Part shown: piece after piece, positions 12,989-27,659 of the stretch | Numbering within the stretch: the stretch's first letter is position 1 | How the letters are laid out: each line of letters opens with the position of its first letter | From: Camelus ferus | Lineage: Eukaryota | Assembly: GCF_009834535.1 (NCBI RefSeq) | Contig: NC_045697.1 | Location: 34,784,001-34,848,000, forward strand | Reading direction: 5' to 3' | DNA length: 64,000 bases | Position numbers and translations under genes: made by a program | Notes under the pieces: generated by a model | Told to the model about the DNA's origin: nothing | The model's database searches: none | What the model saw: the letters and a program-made list of their open reading frames with translations, nothing else

Positions 12989-14418
12989 TAATTAATATAC
13001 TATATCATTCTTGACTACCTCGTTCTCATTTCATTTATCTCTAATCCCTGTCAACCCTCTTCGTTCCCTTAAATGTTTCCTCCTCTTCACTCTTCAATCT
13101 TTGCACCACATTCAGTTTATGAACCAATTTGTCCACAGGAATAGTTTCAGACATTCTTATAACCATTCATTCTGGCATTCACTGCATAGCAATGACATAT
13201 GAGGAACTATACATGAGGCAATGAAGTGGTTACAAAGATGAGAAAAACACGACCTTTGCTCTAGGGAAGCACAGATAAAAGAGACTTAAAAACAAAGCAT
13301 TACAATAAAATCTATAGAGGGCTATGAAAGTGATACTGGGCAAAGCACTTTAGAACACTAAGAGTCCCTAGAAATCACTAGCACATGATCACTAAAGAGG
13401 AAACAATTACCCCTCTTCAAAGTATGGTGGACCACTTCAATGAGGATGTGACATACAGACAGAATTTTGACAGATGGTTAGAGATACATCAACACATGAA
13501 TAAAAGTAGTTGTTAATGCTCTGGTCTGCATAATCACTTCCATGTATAACATATATGAAAAGTCTTTCTTAAAAGTTGCTTGATTTTAATAAGAATCATA
13601 AACAGGAAATAGTTTAAAATGACATGGGTTCACTATGTCATTTTCAGAAGTTTTATACTGGCTCTTCATTATGAGTTCTAATTTTGAGTATTTTATTAGT
13701 ACAGAAAGGTTAAACAGAAAAGCAATAAATAGCCTTAGTTATAGAAAAATGACTCTTTGAACTATATATTCTTCCCTTTACAGGCCAGATGCATTCCAGG
13801 TATATGGCTGAAATTAAAATAAATTCTAACTAGAATAATTTGTCTATTTGGATTCAATTGCAGAATTAAAAATATATTTCCAAGGGGAAAAACATTTATT
13901 CAATATACATGATACAAATCTTTGGAAAGAAACAATGCCATTCTGGGTGTTAAAGAATTGAGAAATGGTTTCATAGAATTTTCAAAATTTGTCAACGGTT
14001 TGAACTGAAATCTAGTATTTTACAGAAATTTCACTTCACCATCATCCTACTACTTTCAACTACCTTCTCCAAAGTAAACAAATGTTTCCCACTCATAAGC
14101 ATCCTCTAACCATACAAAGATTTTGAAGCTAGATACTTCTCCTACTGGGGTGATATCCAAGCATTAAATCTCAATATCATGTTTTGCCAACAGATGACTG
14201 CATATTTCAGTGCACCTGAACATTCCATTTGAAAAATCATAGTCTATAAATAGATGCCCCATTTTTTTCCAGTGCTGTGTAAAATTGTGAAAATCAGCTT
14301 TACTTAAATAAGCAATACTGATATTTAGATAGCCCAAACAGAATAAATTAGTTAATATATGTGTGTGTGTATGCATGTGTACACATATGTTACACAGACA
14401 TAGGACTCTCAATTCCCA

Positions 14419-14545
14419 GGGAGGGTATAGCTCAGTGGTAAAGTGCTACTTAGCATGCATGAGGTCCTGGTTCAGTCCCCGGCACCTCCATGAAAACAAA
14501 TAAATAAATAAACCTGCCCCTCCATGAATGAATGAATGAATGAAT
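14419..14545 (+). mobile_element. tRNA-derived SINE, camelid vic-1-like
   Basis: gggagggtatagctcagtggtaaag (A box)...gaggtcctggttcagtccccggcacctcca (B box), then (TAAA)n and a (TGAA)n tail. Confidence 0.85.
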
Positions 14546-15564
14546 CTTCATTCTACTTCAAAGCAATTTCTCAAAAGCATATTTCCAACTGTTTTTTCCC
14601 CTCTGAATATTCCATCTTAACAAAAATCAAGCAAAAGAAAGTATAGTATTCAGCACAATCTAGCAACCAGTACACTGCTAAGACACAGGAGGTAGTCAGT
14701 AAGTACAGGATGGCTTAATGATTTCACTTTATTTAAGCCTCAATGGTATTTACTTCAAAAGCCAAACCTCAAAGGTAACAGAAGTAACTATTTCAGACCC
14801 TTCACTATTGTTAGTTTCTCTTATTGTCACTGGACAGACCTGAAGAAAAAATATCTTTCAAAAGTTTATTTGTCTGCATTTTAAACGATCAGGGTCTTTG
14901 AGTCATAAATTAACAAAAACCTAACAGGATTTTTTTCTCCTCTGAGATGTTCCTGAGGATTAATTCTGCCCTGTGCAAGGGGTTCTTTTTTCTGAAGGGG
15001 CTGGTAGCTCAGAGCTTACTCATCCCAGAGGCCCAGGCCAGAGTCTCACACATCTCTGATGGTGGAAAATGACAATGCTTCCTCCCAGCTGCCTGCTCAG
15101 CTCTTTCATGTGACAGGTCTCTGCCCCCCACTACTCTGAATCCCCTGTTAATACACAAAAGTGAGCCTCGATGTAGGAGAACCTTCTCTGCCCTTAACTG
15201 ACAATGCAACTGAAAGCAAAACTCACAAACTCTGAGGCCCCACGATGTTATCGGTAGATTAATGCACTGAAGCTGATGATCTCTAACCTAGTCTCTAGCC
15301 CTAAAATTCTATGTGGCTCAACATTCTAAAAACCCACTTGTTCACCATTTTACTATTGTACTAAACACAGAAAATTCAACCACCTAGAAGGTAGGCCTGT
15401 ATCTCTTGATACACTAACTCTCAAAATTTTAACTTGTCCCCTGACAGAGCAGGAGAAGACATTAACAACGGTTCTTCAAACATCATCCTAAAGATTTCTT
15501 TCCCTATGTCACCCTCTGTTATCTTATTTCACCAGTTACTTACGTTGGAACTTCTGGCTAAGCA

Positions 15565-15775
15565 ACATGATTCAGTAGAAGGAAACCGAACTTTCAAATC
15601 TGACTGAACTGGCTCCAGATCTTAGCTTTGCCATTTATTAGTTGTATAACTTTAAGCAAGTTACTTAATTCCTTTGAGATTATTTAAAAAGAAAATAATG
15701 ATACCAACACCTTATAGGAGTATCAAGAGGCATAAATCAGAAGATGCACGTAAATTTTCTTACAGCAAATACTCA
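15565..15775. mobile_element. MIR fragment
   Basis: cttagctttgccatttattagttgtataactttaagcaagttacttaattcctttgag. Confidence 0.6.
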
Positions 15776-17042
15776 GAGAAGCAACCGCTCAGATGGTTTT
15801 GCCGTATCTTTGCTCTGAACTGATACACGTCTACACATTTGACAGCTGTTAACTGAGCATCTACTAAGGGCCAGATATGCTATCAGGTCTGGGACACAAA
15901 ATAAAGCATAAGATACAGCCAGTAAGGTGTCCACAGTCTAGGAAAAAGGGCATACGTAACAGAAGCCAATGATACCATTACCATGCAGTAAGCATTATAC
16001 CACAGATGGATACAAGCTTCAGCCCTGCCAGAGGTGGCAGGTGGAAAGATAACTGGAGAAGATGACGTCTGAGACGGGCTAAAGGCTGAGTTAGCTGTCA
16101 CCTCTGGAAGATGGTGGGCCAATGCCACATCGCAGTGCAAGGGCTCAGCCTTATGAAATGCAAGGTGAGTTTAAAGAAAAACTAACAGTAAAAGCCATTT
16201 CTATTAATTTAAATACATTCTATTTCAATAATCCTTCCTCTCCCTCATCCCCACCCAAAGAATGCTAATTCCACTAATAAAAAGAAATCAAAATCCAAAA
16301 CAATTTCTTTCCAGCCTTGTGTTTACTTGTTCATTCATTTTTCAACCAAACAACATTTATTTAAAATCTACTCTATATTAGGCAGTGTGACAGGGATACA
16401 ACAATGCAACGGAAAATACAGGCACCGTCTTCTGGGAGCTTACACTCTAGTGGGATTTTGACCCATCCAGTGCCTTAAAGACCCATCCCCTGCAACATCC
16501 TTCTTCTCAGCTTCCACACAGAGGACAGGGACATATTGTATCCAGGTCATCTGATTACAGAAAATGAGGGCTGGGCACTCCAATAACTAGAAACCATTAG
16601 GTCCAAACCTCTCAATTGAAAGGTATAAATATTGGAGTTTAAAAAAGTTGAGTTGACAAAAAAAATCTTCCCTTTCTTTGGTCATTGACACTATTATCAA
16701 TATCTTAATTAAAAACTAACCACTCACCATTGCTATTTTTTGAGAACTCTAGGCTATGTTTTTTTAAATGTCATTTAAGAGATAAGGTTTCTTCACACAC
16801 ACAATCACATAGCCCTTTAACTTTTAAAACTGCACCCCACTCTAATTTCATTAAGTGAGTTAATACACATAAAGCACTCAGAAGAGTACCTGGCATGTAA
16901 GTGTGTTGTAAGTGCTTGCTATCAGTCTTGCCATCTTTAATTAATTTTTATAGTGTTACTACTAATCACTTAGAAATTAAAATGTCCAAGAGTCCCTTAG
17001 CAGTTTATAAATGAATAAACAAAAGCAAAGAAATGTAACCAA

Positions 17043-17088
17043 AATAATAATAATAGTAATAGTAATAGTAGTAATAATAATAATAATA
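17043..17088. repeat. (AAT/AGT)n trinucleotide microsatellite
   Basis: aataataataatagtaatagtaatagtagtaataataataataata. Confidence 0.9.
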
Positions 17089-17261
17089 CTTTTGAGGCTA
17101 GAACTCCAGTGTCCTTACTCCTAGACTTCTATAGTAGAAGTCTGGCTACATTAAATAGCTGACAGGCTATATTAAAAATTTTTATTTTTATTGATTTTTA
17201 ATTTATACCTTGTGCATATCCAGAGAGAAATTGAGACAACTTACAATAAAAATACATGAAC

Positions 17262-19125
17262 AAAATTTAACCAAGGAAGTGTCAGACTCATGCACTGAAA
17301 ACTACAAAATATTATTGAAAGAAATTAGACCTAAATAAACAGAAAGACATCCATGTTCATGGGTTGAAATGCTTTCCAAATGGCTCTAGAGATTCAATGC
17401 AATCTCTATCAAAATTCAACTGCCTTTTTTTTTTTTTTTGCAGAAATGGACAAGCTGATCCTAAAACTCATACAGTAATGCTCAATAGCCAAGTTAACCT
17501 CAGAGGGGGGAAAAAAAAAGCAAGGTTGGAGGACTCACATTCCCAATTTCAAAACTTACAACAGTATTACAGTAATCCAAACAGTGTGGAACTACACTAA
17601 GACAGATGCACAGATCAACGATATAGAATTGAGAGTCCAGAAAGAAAATCATACATCTATGGTCAATGGATTTTAGCTAAGATGCCAAGACCATTCCACG
17701 AGGAAAGAGTAGTCTTTTCAACCAATGGTGCTGGGACAACTGGATATGAATGAATTTGGACCCCTACTTCACACCATACACAAAAATGATCTCTAAATGG
17801 ATCAAAGACTTAATGTAAGCACTAAAGTTACAAAAACTCTCAGAAAGAAATACAGCTGTTAATTTTCATGATTTTAGATTAGGCAATGGTTTTGGTTGGT
17901 TTGTTTTTTTTTTTTTTTTTTGAATCTTGAAATTTTTTTTCCCCTTTTTCAGTTTTATTAGGTAGAATTATTACAGTTTGACTGCACATACACATTATAT
18001 AGGCAGTGGTTTGTTAAACACGACACCAAGAGCATAAGCAACAAAAGAAAAACAGATAAACTTGACTTCAACTTAAAAATTTATATACGTCTAAGGACAC
18101 TATCAAAGAAGTGCAAAGACAGCTCACAGGAAGGGAGAAAATATCTGCAAATGAGAAACTTGCTAAGAGTCTAGTATCCGGAATAGATAAAGAACATTTA
18201 CAATTGAACAATTTTTAAAAAGCCCAATTTAAAAGTGGGTAAAGGACTTAAACAGATATTACTCCAAAGATGTACAAATGGCCAATAAACACATGAAAAG
18301 ATGCTCAGTATCATTAGTTATTAGGAAAAAGCAAATCAAAACCACAATGAGATCTTATTACACACACACTAGGATGGCTATAATAAAAAAAAAAGGGGGG
18401 GGTAGGAGGGTAGAATAAGAAGGATTGGCAAGAATGTGGAGAAACTGGAACCCTCAGACACTGCTGGTGAGAATGTAAAATGGGGCAGCCACTGTGAAAA
18501 ACAGTTTGGCAGTTCCTCAAAAGTTAAACATAGAGTTAAGTTATGACCCAGCATTTCCACTCCTAAGAATATACCCAAGAGAACTGAAAACATACATAAA
18601 AGCTTATATACTAATGCTCATAGTAACATTAGTCATAATAGCCCAAAAGTGGAAACAACCCAAATATCCATACACTGATGAATGGAGATACGTGTTTTAT
18701 ATATATATATATGAAATACGTACCTCCATATAATGGAATGTTATCCCACCATAAAAAAGAATGAAGTACTGATACAGAGTACAACATGAATGAACTTTGA
18801 AAATCTTATAATAAGTAAAAGAAGTCACACACAAAAGGCCACATGTTTTATTGATTCCATTTATATGAAATGTCCAGAATAGACAAATTCATAGAGAAAG
18901 AAAGTAGATAACTGGGTGGGATGAAGGGAGAGATGGGAGGGTATCGGGTTTTTTGTGTGTGTGTTTGTGTGTGTGTGTGAGATAGAAATCTTGTGGAATT
19001 AGATAGTGGTGACGGTTGTACAATATTGTAAATATACTAAAAACCACTGGATTGTACTCTTTAAAGTGGTTCAAATGATGGGTTTTGTTACCTGAATTTA
19101 TTCTCACTAAAAGAAATTTAAGGAA
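17262..19125 (+). mobile_element. L1 (L1MB-like) ORF2 3' part and 3' UTR, antisense to TEC
   Basis: Decayed ORF2 motifs (aatggtgctgggacaactgg; ccactgtgaaaaacagtttggcagttcctcaaaagttaaacatagagtt) and the typical 3' UTR (gattccatttatatgaaatgtccagaatagacaaattcatagaga). Confidence 0.88.
17893..17999 (-). mobile_element. Very short young retro-insertion (L1 3' end-like) nested in the older L1
   Basis: 13-bp TSD taggcaatggttt (17880-17892) / taggcagtggttt (18000-18012); long poly-T at ~17893-17921; minus AATAAA at 17954-17959. Confidence 0.75.
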
Positions 19126-19399
19126 AAACACATGTACAACACGTAAACAATACACAGGTAAGAATTAAAAGTAAAAGGAGAAATTAGAAACCAAAAAGAA
19201 GAAAAAAACCAAGTAGAACCAAAGCTTACCTGGGGGTTGGTTCTCACATCAGTACACACAGCAAAAACTGAATATTAATCAAAATTAACCTCAAATATTC
19301 CACAGAAGACACGGCCACTCTGTCTCTTCTGCAGCAGAGCATTAGCAGAAATGTCCACCAGCATCGGCAAAAATGTTCAACACTGGAAGTTATATCCAG

Positions 19400-19805
19400 T
19401 AACAACCACCGAAAAACCCCACTCCATAATTACTAGCATAAAAACAGTAAAAATGGATTATTTCTCATAATTCTGTTGGGTGGGCAATTCTGGATGTCTA
19501 GGATGGCTCACTCACGTTCCTAGCACTTGCAGGCTGTCAGCCAGGACACCTCAGTTCTCTTCCATGTGCCTCTTCAACAGGACAACTTGGGTTTATATGT
19601 GTAGTTCCCAAGATTCTAAGAGCAATAAGTGGGCAAGCCCCAATACACAACACATTTCACATCTCTGAATGATTTACCTTTGCTATTATCTCATTGGCCA
19701 AAGCAAGTCACATGGCCAAGCCCAGAGTCAGAATGGGAGGTGATTCTTCAAGGTGGAGTAGATACCGGGAGAGGAATCATGGAGGTCTTTTTGCAAACAA
19801 TCTAA
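19400..19805 (-). mobile_element. Old MaLR LTR (MLT1J/K-like)
   Basis: cattggccaaagcaagtcacatggccaagcccagagtca is a typical MLT1 motif. Confidence 0.6.
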
Positions 19806-21939
19806 TAATCTAGCAGAGAGAAAAACAGATTTTTGATATTCTGGTTTAGCATCAGATAAAGTAGATGGCTTGGATTCAAGGGACAGTTTGTATGAAAGAG
19901 CAACCTTTAACGACTAAAATAACATTCAGCACTGAGATGCTCATGGAAAAAGCTTTGGGCACTAAGGCGGACAAGGCAGCAAGAGGTCCATGCAACTCCC
20001 AATGCACACACCCTCTGGGGTATATGCTCACAGAGTAGAACGGTGAATAAAAGCACCTACTCTCTTTAAATTGTTGTTTCTTTCTCTCTTCTCTTTGTTA
20101 ACCTATGGAGTTTGAATTTCCTCAAGTCAAATGCACATATGCTACAATGCTACTATATGCTGATAAATACAGCATTAAATTTGGAGCGTCTCAACATCCA
20201 GGGAACAAAGGATAACATAATGCTTCATAGGATAGTAATTTGTTATCTTAAGATACACAACAACTTATCAAAAGAAAAACTTTCCCTGTCTTTAAACTCT
20301 AAAGACAAACTAGTTTATGGGATCATAAAGGACAATGAAAGATATTATGTCATACATCTTCAGTAGAAGTTTGGGCAGAAATTAAAAAAATATTCCTCAC
20401 CTGGCTGTTTCTTATATTAACACTTGATTACAGCTAGGTAAATATAGTCTTATAAAAGCATTTCTGTGTGGGCTGAGCTAGATAGGTTATTTTCTTGCTA
20501 GCTCAAGAAACAGAAATAAAATATAGAAAAAGGTAAACAGATAATATGATCCTTGATCTCTACCTTTTAAACACTATCTTAAGCTCAGTTTCTGCAAAAG
20601 TTGAATGGAATTCAGTTTAAGTTATTCTCCAGTATTTGACAGAAATGTAAATATTACATTAATAATAATATGATGATCAATATATCTGCTGTAAAAAAAA
20701 TTAGGGCTAATAGACATTCCTAATGGGCTAAGTATTTTTAATTATATTAAGTCTCTCAGGAGGATATATCTGAAAAACACCAACAGTCCCAAAGATCTAT
20801 GGCTTCACACTACAAGCGTGCACATTTTGAGATTCTGACTTCATCTGATTTAAGTCTTGCTTCTTAACTTCATGATATTTCTGCTAACATTGAACTAACA
20901 GTCCTCAGATTGCTATATATATGAATTACGAAGACCCGAGCAGATGTCCTTTTCAGTATTATTGCCACCAAATCAGGAAGCTGTAAAAGGCAGAGCGGTG
21001 ACAGGTGTGGTTCTCAGTTCACAGTATGAATTACACGAGTAGACACCATTATCTTAAATGAGTGAAACAGCAAAGGAGATTCAAAGGAATTGAACAAAAA
21101 TCTCCCCAAGGCTGTGAAGACACTCTAAGACAGGGTACTGCATTTTTTTCACACCACCATCCTCACTCACCACACACAGAGCACAAACTCTGGGAAGGAT
21201 GATGAAAATAGTTGCTTAAATACCACCAAATGTACTCTTGAACTTATACAAGACACATTTTAAATTACCATTTATTTAATATTTTTGTTTTACATTATAC
21301 TTTAAAATTAAAGTTACACTGGCTTAAAAAGCATAAAAAGCAAAACTTCTATCACTCAGCTGGAATTATAGAACGCGTGCCTGGTCTAGGATCTACTGGA
21401 GTACATTAACCAATCACCTTAAAGTCTACTAGTGTATGCATAAATGGTAATACCTACTTGCTGGGTGCAACTAGTACTTTATACTGGCATTGTCATACCA
21501 GTACAAAATCCTGGACAAGGAAGTGTCCAGGACAATGGAATTCACATTCCATTCTTAGCTCTGCCCAGGACCTGCCCAACTTACTACCCATATCAAAATC
21601 TAAGAAACTAATGTACACCTGTAGCTTATACAATATTGTAAATCAATTATACTTCAATTTTTTAAAAATCTAAGAAACTGAATTTATCAGCTTTACTATC
21701 ATTATAAGAAACACTGAGAACCACCTACAGAAAGAATAATTCCAGAGAGGTCTCTCCTCTACAATGGTAGCTGAGTGAGCCTAGCGGAGGGCATTCAATC
21801 TGCCCAGTGCTACAACAGGATTCATGTTCTTCCCTACCTTGGCTGATGGCTGAAATTGTTCCAGTGGTAAATATACCCCTTCATTCCAAAATTAGAAATA
21901 AAACATAGCACCCAAATACCCCTGAAGAAGGCAACACAC

Positions 21940-24230
21940 TGACTAAGCTTCCTCTAAATTTTCAGTCCCATCCTCTCTTGCAATCTCAAACATTTCTGAC
22001 CTGTGGTCTGCTCCTCTTTTCAGTGCACCTGATTGCTCTCTAGTTCATCATCCCCTTTGGTACAGTAGCATCACTTATGTCCCCAAACATAAACCATCCC
22101 CTCGACCCACATTCACCCCCTACCACCATGCTACTTTTGAGTCTCTTTACAGCAAAAGCTCTTGAAAGATAGGATTAGGGTTGCTGTCTCTGCTTCTCAA
22201 TTCATGTGCTTTCCTCAGACTGCTCAGTTGGGCTTCTGTCTTCATCATTCCACTAAGATTGCATTTGCCAAGGTCACCAGGAACAGCCTTCTTGCCAGAC
22301 CCAGTGGTCACTTCTCAGTTTTTATATCACTTGACCTCCAGCAATGTTCAACACAGCTGACCAGTCTCTCCTTGAAATGCTTCATTACTCTTGGTTCTCT
22401 GTGACACAAAGTTTCCTGGATTTTCCTCTGATCTTAGAGGCTGTACCTTCTCAGTGTCCTTTGCTGGTGTCTACTCTTCTGCTTTACTTATAAACACTGG
22501 TGTGCATCAGGGCTCTCTCCCGGGCTTGCTTTGCTTTTTCATCTCTACACTCCTCAGAGGTGGCCTCACCCAGTTACATGGCTTTAAATACCATCTATAT
22601 GTTGATAACTCTGAATTCTACATCTTTTGTCCTGTCCCCAAGAACCTCAGAATTATATATCCAATTGCAAACCTGACATCTTTATTTGAATATCCAACCA
22701 GCATCTCAAACATAATATGGCTAAAACAGAAAGCTAGATAGTCCCCTAAAATTTGCTCTTTATCCAGTCTTTGCCATCTGAATAAATGGTCTCACCATCT
22801 CCCCAGCTGTTGAGCCAAAAGTCTTAAGAGTTATCTTTGATTCATTCTTCTCTCTCACACCTCAAGTCTAATCCATCAGCATGGTCTTTGGACTGTACCT
22901 CCAAAATATTCTAAACCTGAATAGTCAAGTCTCTACTTCACTCTTCTCTCATTAGTGTAATAGGTTGATTGCACTAATGGCCCTGATTTTCATACCTCCT
23001 TGCATCTTTTCACACCTCTCTGTGTCCCTGCTCTTTGGCAATGCTCTCCCATACTAACTGTGGATGTACTCATGTAATTTGCCTTGACCAATGGAACACT
23101 GGCAAATTTGACACAAGCTAAGGCTTAAAAACCTGCTTGCTCATTTCTACTTCCTTTCTTGCTTCTTTGTGGTCACCATGAGACTATGAGTGGGCCAGTC
23201 TGAGAATAAGCCCAGGCTAGCCTCCCACAGGGATGTAACATAAACACAGAGGAGAGAAGAGTTGTCCCAGCCATCTCAGCTGAGGCCATACTAGACAGGC
23301 AACAGCCAGCTGGCCCTCACAAACACATCAGAGGAGCCAGGCAATATGGCAGATCTGCTTATCTGATCCACAGCTGATCAGACACGGGCAGGCCCAGTCA
23401 AGATCAGCCAAGCCTGGCCCAGAACTACCCAGCCATCCTGCTGACTCATGAGCAAAAAAAAAATCCTTATTCCTATATACCACTAAGTTTATGGGGATGT
23501 TTGTTACATGGCATTACTGTGGCAATAACTGACACAGACATCATCGCTTGTCAGGACTATTGCAACATCCTTCTATCAGGTCTCGTTGCTTCCTTCCTTA
23601 TCTTCTTAGAAGTCTTTCCCATTCATCAATCAACTCAAAGTTTTAAAACTATAAATCAGTTCATGTCCTCAGTTCTGCTTAAACCCTCTAATGGCTTCCC
23701 TGCACTTAGACTAAAACCTAATCTCTTAACCTAGCATACCACCTCCTTGTTTAACCACATCTAGTACCACTCTCCCCCTGGCCCACTATGAGTCAACCAC
23801 ACCAGCCTTCTTCCTGTCCTTCACACAGGACAAACTCATGGCATGGGGAAGTCTTAGCAAATTATGTTCTTTCTACCTAGAAAATCATTCCACCCACTCC
23901 CTCTTGCTTGGTCTCTAACCAGTAACTTCTTATAACTCAAACACCAACCTAAATTGTCACTTTCACAAAAAGGCCTTCCACACAGCCTAAAGTAGACAAC
24001 CAGTCACTCTCAGATCCATATTTTAATTTCATGATACTTATCACTATGTGACATTTTTATTGAATATTTATTTTTAATCGTGTGATCGCCCCATTTATTA
24101 TAAATTCCACATGAGCAGGAACCACGTCTATACGTTCACTGAAGGATCCTCAGCTCCTAAAACAGTCCCTTCACATAGTAGGTACTCATTAAATATCTGA
24201 TGAATGCTACCTGACATGGAATAAATAAAT
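21940..24230 (+). mobile_element. L2 LINE fragment split by an MLT1 LTR at ~22957-23536
   Basis: L2 motifs (ccaaggtcacca; catggctttaaataccatctatatgttgataactc; 3' end acatagtaggtactcattaaatatctgatgaatg). The nested LTR runs tgtaataggttg...ttgttacatggcattactgtggcaataactgacaca. Confidence 0.75.
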
Positions 24231-24379
24231 GATCAGATCCTTTCTGGAATCAGGTTTTTACAAAGAGAAGGAGCCAGGCTAGCTGAAATGGCAAAGGAGA
24301 AAAGACAGACTGATTCTGAGAGGGAATTCTAGAAGCAGAGAAAAAAATTTCACCTAATATAAAGTGAAGTGAAGAGTGC

Positions 24380-24860
24380 AGACACTGAAAAGAGCGTTGA
24401 ACAGAAGCTTGGCTCTGCCCCTTCCTTGCTACGTAAACGTCGATACACCACTCACCTCTCTGAGCTTGTCTCCTCATCTATAAAATGGGGGAATAATTAC
24501 AACTTCACAGAGTTGTACAAACTAAAATATATATAAAGTACTCAGCATGGTACGTGGATCATAGTGATTACTCAACATCAGTGATGACAGTGACGGTGGT
24601 GGAGGTGGTGGTGGTGGTGGTATCTAAACCAGCCCTGCTACTAATGAGTAAATGGCATAATCCTTAGTATCTCACTCAACCTGATGAGTCAACCTAATTT
24701 TTTTTCAATTTTTAGGCATTTCAGATTGTCCCTTCTCACCAAAAATGTAATGAGTACAGGACCTAGAGTCTGAAGAGCTGGGTTCTGGCCCTGGTTCTGC
24801 CACCAACTGGCTGGGTGACCTTGGACAAGTCACCAACTTTCCAGACCTGAAAGTGACCTT
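24380..24860. mobile_element. MIR fragments flanking a (GGT)n tract (24595-24621)
   Basis: cacctctctgagcttgtctcctcatctataaaatgggg; ctgggtgaccttggacaagtcac. Confidence 0.65.
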
Positions 24861-27039
24861 GTCATCAGCTCTGCCACCCCCAAGGCAGGAGGTGCAGGAA
24901 ACATTCTGCAAAGAAGTGGGGGGATTGGTGTAACGTAGAGACATGGAGGCAGAGGGTAGGCAGGCAGATAATCACTCTGCTCCATTCCAGAGCACAAACA
25001 AGAATATCTAAACAACTTAATTCAAAGCTTCCCAAACTGTGTTTCTCAGAACATGAGGAACCTGTCAGATTACACCAGACCATAATCTCACAAGGGCAGG
25101 GACATGTGCTGATTTAATTCTCCACTGTAGGACCAGCAGCCAGCACGGTGACCAAAACATACTATCATAGTATGCACATAGTATGCATGCTGGCTGAATG
25201 AATGAACAAATACATTTAAGAAAAGCTGGGTTAAACAACGTCAAACTGGTTCCTTGTGCACAATTCTCCGAACGGTTATTATCTGAATAGGTTCTGTGAA
25301 TCATATAGAATACAGTATTTCCCAACCTTATTTGATCACAGAACTCATTCTATTTCTTTTGAAACTTATTAACATCTCCCAGAGTTGTAGTAATCTACAG
25401 AACAGTTTGAGAAACATTTTAAGCTTATGTAATTTAAGTCATTTTTAACATGATGAAATAAACATCTTTCTCTTTATATATAAGGTAATTAAAAGGCCAA
25501 CTAATTTGATCCATATCTAGTATGCGGCTGTTTTCTCCCAGCATCCTACACCTTCAAACCGCCCTGTCGCCAGGCAGGGCCTCAGTCTCTCCCACCTCCT
25601 AAGCAGCAGACGTCCTGCCTGGTTTCTCTGCCCTGCTCCCCCATATCCCAGTCTGCTCTGCAAATCCTCCCACCTTTTCTTCCACTATCCCTTCTTTCTA
25701 TATCCTTAGTCATATTATGAACTTTCTTAAACCACTTTAATTATTCCTCTTCCTTTATAATCAATCCAACAAGGTTTCAGTCTTGAAGTTTACAGTATCA
25801 TCCTATGCCTAAAAACATTTCAAAATCCTTCTCCCTTTTATAATAAAGGCTGGTTCTTCTCTTTTATTCTCCACATTGGACCCTTCTTAGGGTTATTCCT
25901 TAATCTTAAGTAAATATAATCATGTCAAATCTAATCTGGGTTCCCTCTTCCCATCTTATTATTGATTTCTAAGAGCTCAAGCAAGTAAACATTTTCAAAT
26001 CCCCATGCCTTTGTTGGGGTTGCTCTCTCTGCCAAGAAGAGCCCTTCCTTGTTTAAATCCCATTCATTTTTTAAAGTCCTGATCACAGGTCATCACTTTT
26101 AAGCAGTCTCCCTTATTTCCCACTCCAGCCACAATTAGCTACTCCCCTTAACTACCTCGAGGCACATGCACAACTTACCGCAGACATGTGAAGTTAGTTG
26201 TATATATGAATGCGGAGATGGCAGAGTTGGGAGAGAAGACCATGAACCAGGTGAGTCTCCCAGGGAGAATGACCAAGAGGTTGGTGATAAAAGGAGAAAC
26301 CAGGAGGCTATTTGCACGAATGGCTTGAGCTCTAAAGGAGAACGGGTTCTGGCATGACCTGAAAGTAGCCTGAGGAAGCCAGGAGAAGGCAGCAGCAGAG
26401 AGAGCTGCAGATAAGGGAGTGCTCTGACTCTGGGAGGCGGCCGGGGTGTGGGAATGATGATTCACAATGGAACAATGCCCTCAGCGGGCCGCTGGAAAGA
26501 TTTGGGAAGGAAGCCAGTAGAAGGATGCAAGCTCAGAATCACAGGGGAGTTGAGAGTGCATAAGAAGACAGCTGATAAGAAAGGCTTGGAGCCAAGGGAA
26601 CTGGGGATACGAGGCACAGCTCTGGCCTGAACTGGCGAAGATCCCAGATAGTGTCAGAGGCCAGATGAGTTAAGCATTCAAGTCTTTGATCAATGTTTAA
26701 AAGGAGGTTGATGAGTAATTCTTCTAATGTCTACAAAGAACAGATTTCTCTAATGTTTCACTCATGGAACAATCTTTATCCCTGTGTGTGGGCTGAGCCA
26801 TGAGGGCAATGAGTTGGGGGCATACTGAAAAGGAGCTGGGTGTGGTATCTCCTTGCACTAGGGCAGAGCTCAGACCTGAAAGGGAAGAAGCAAGCTGAAC
26901 ACGCACAGAGTCTACAGGGATCAAAGCCTTTCAGGCTCAGGGCAGACAGCAGTAGGCACCAAGGCCCGAGAAGTAGTGAGCTCATCCAAAAGGTAGACAG
27001 AGAATGGCGAGGGGGAATCCAAGACAAAAACCTCTGCAA

Positions 27040-27585
27040 AGTCTATATATTACGCAGGGTCTTCAATGGCAAATAACTAGATTTAAGCACACGACAACAA
27101 GCAAAGGCATGTATTAGCTCACATAACCAGAAGTGCCGGGATGCTTCAGGCACATCTGAATCCTGGGGTTCAAATGATGCTGTCTGTGCTCTCACCACCG
27201 CTCAGCGCTACTTCTCACTGCATGCTGGCCTCGTACATTCTCTCCTACTTCAAACAGCTTCCTCCATTTAGTGGAAAGACGGCCACCAGGAGCTCCAGGT
27301 TACATCACTCCAGCAGCAAAAAGAAAAAAATCCCAAAGGAAAAGAATGCCTCCTTTCCTAAACTGGAGCAGGAAAGGAGCCTGATTGAGGGAGCCTGGGT
27401 CATGTGCTAACCTCTGAACCAATCACTTGGTCAGGTGGAGGAGGCACGTCTCAGACTGGCCAAAGCTGAGTCACATGACCACTGCTGGGGTTGGTGTCAG
27501 CCCCACCCAAACCACATGACTTGTGGACAGAGAGGTCCCCCAGAGGAAGGAAGTCTGGGCAAACAAATAATAAGTCCACTCTAGA
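27040..27585 (-). mobile_element. Old MaLR LTR (MLT1K/L-like)
   Basis: ctgattg...cctgggtcatgtgctaacctctgaaccaatcac...gagtcacatgaccac. Confidence 0.55.
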
Positions 27586-27659
27586 CAGTGTGGTCACTGG
27601 TCAGCCTGGCCCCAGAGACCAAAAAAGGCCAGTCTCCTTACTTAAACCATAGAAGGGCT

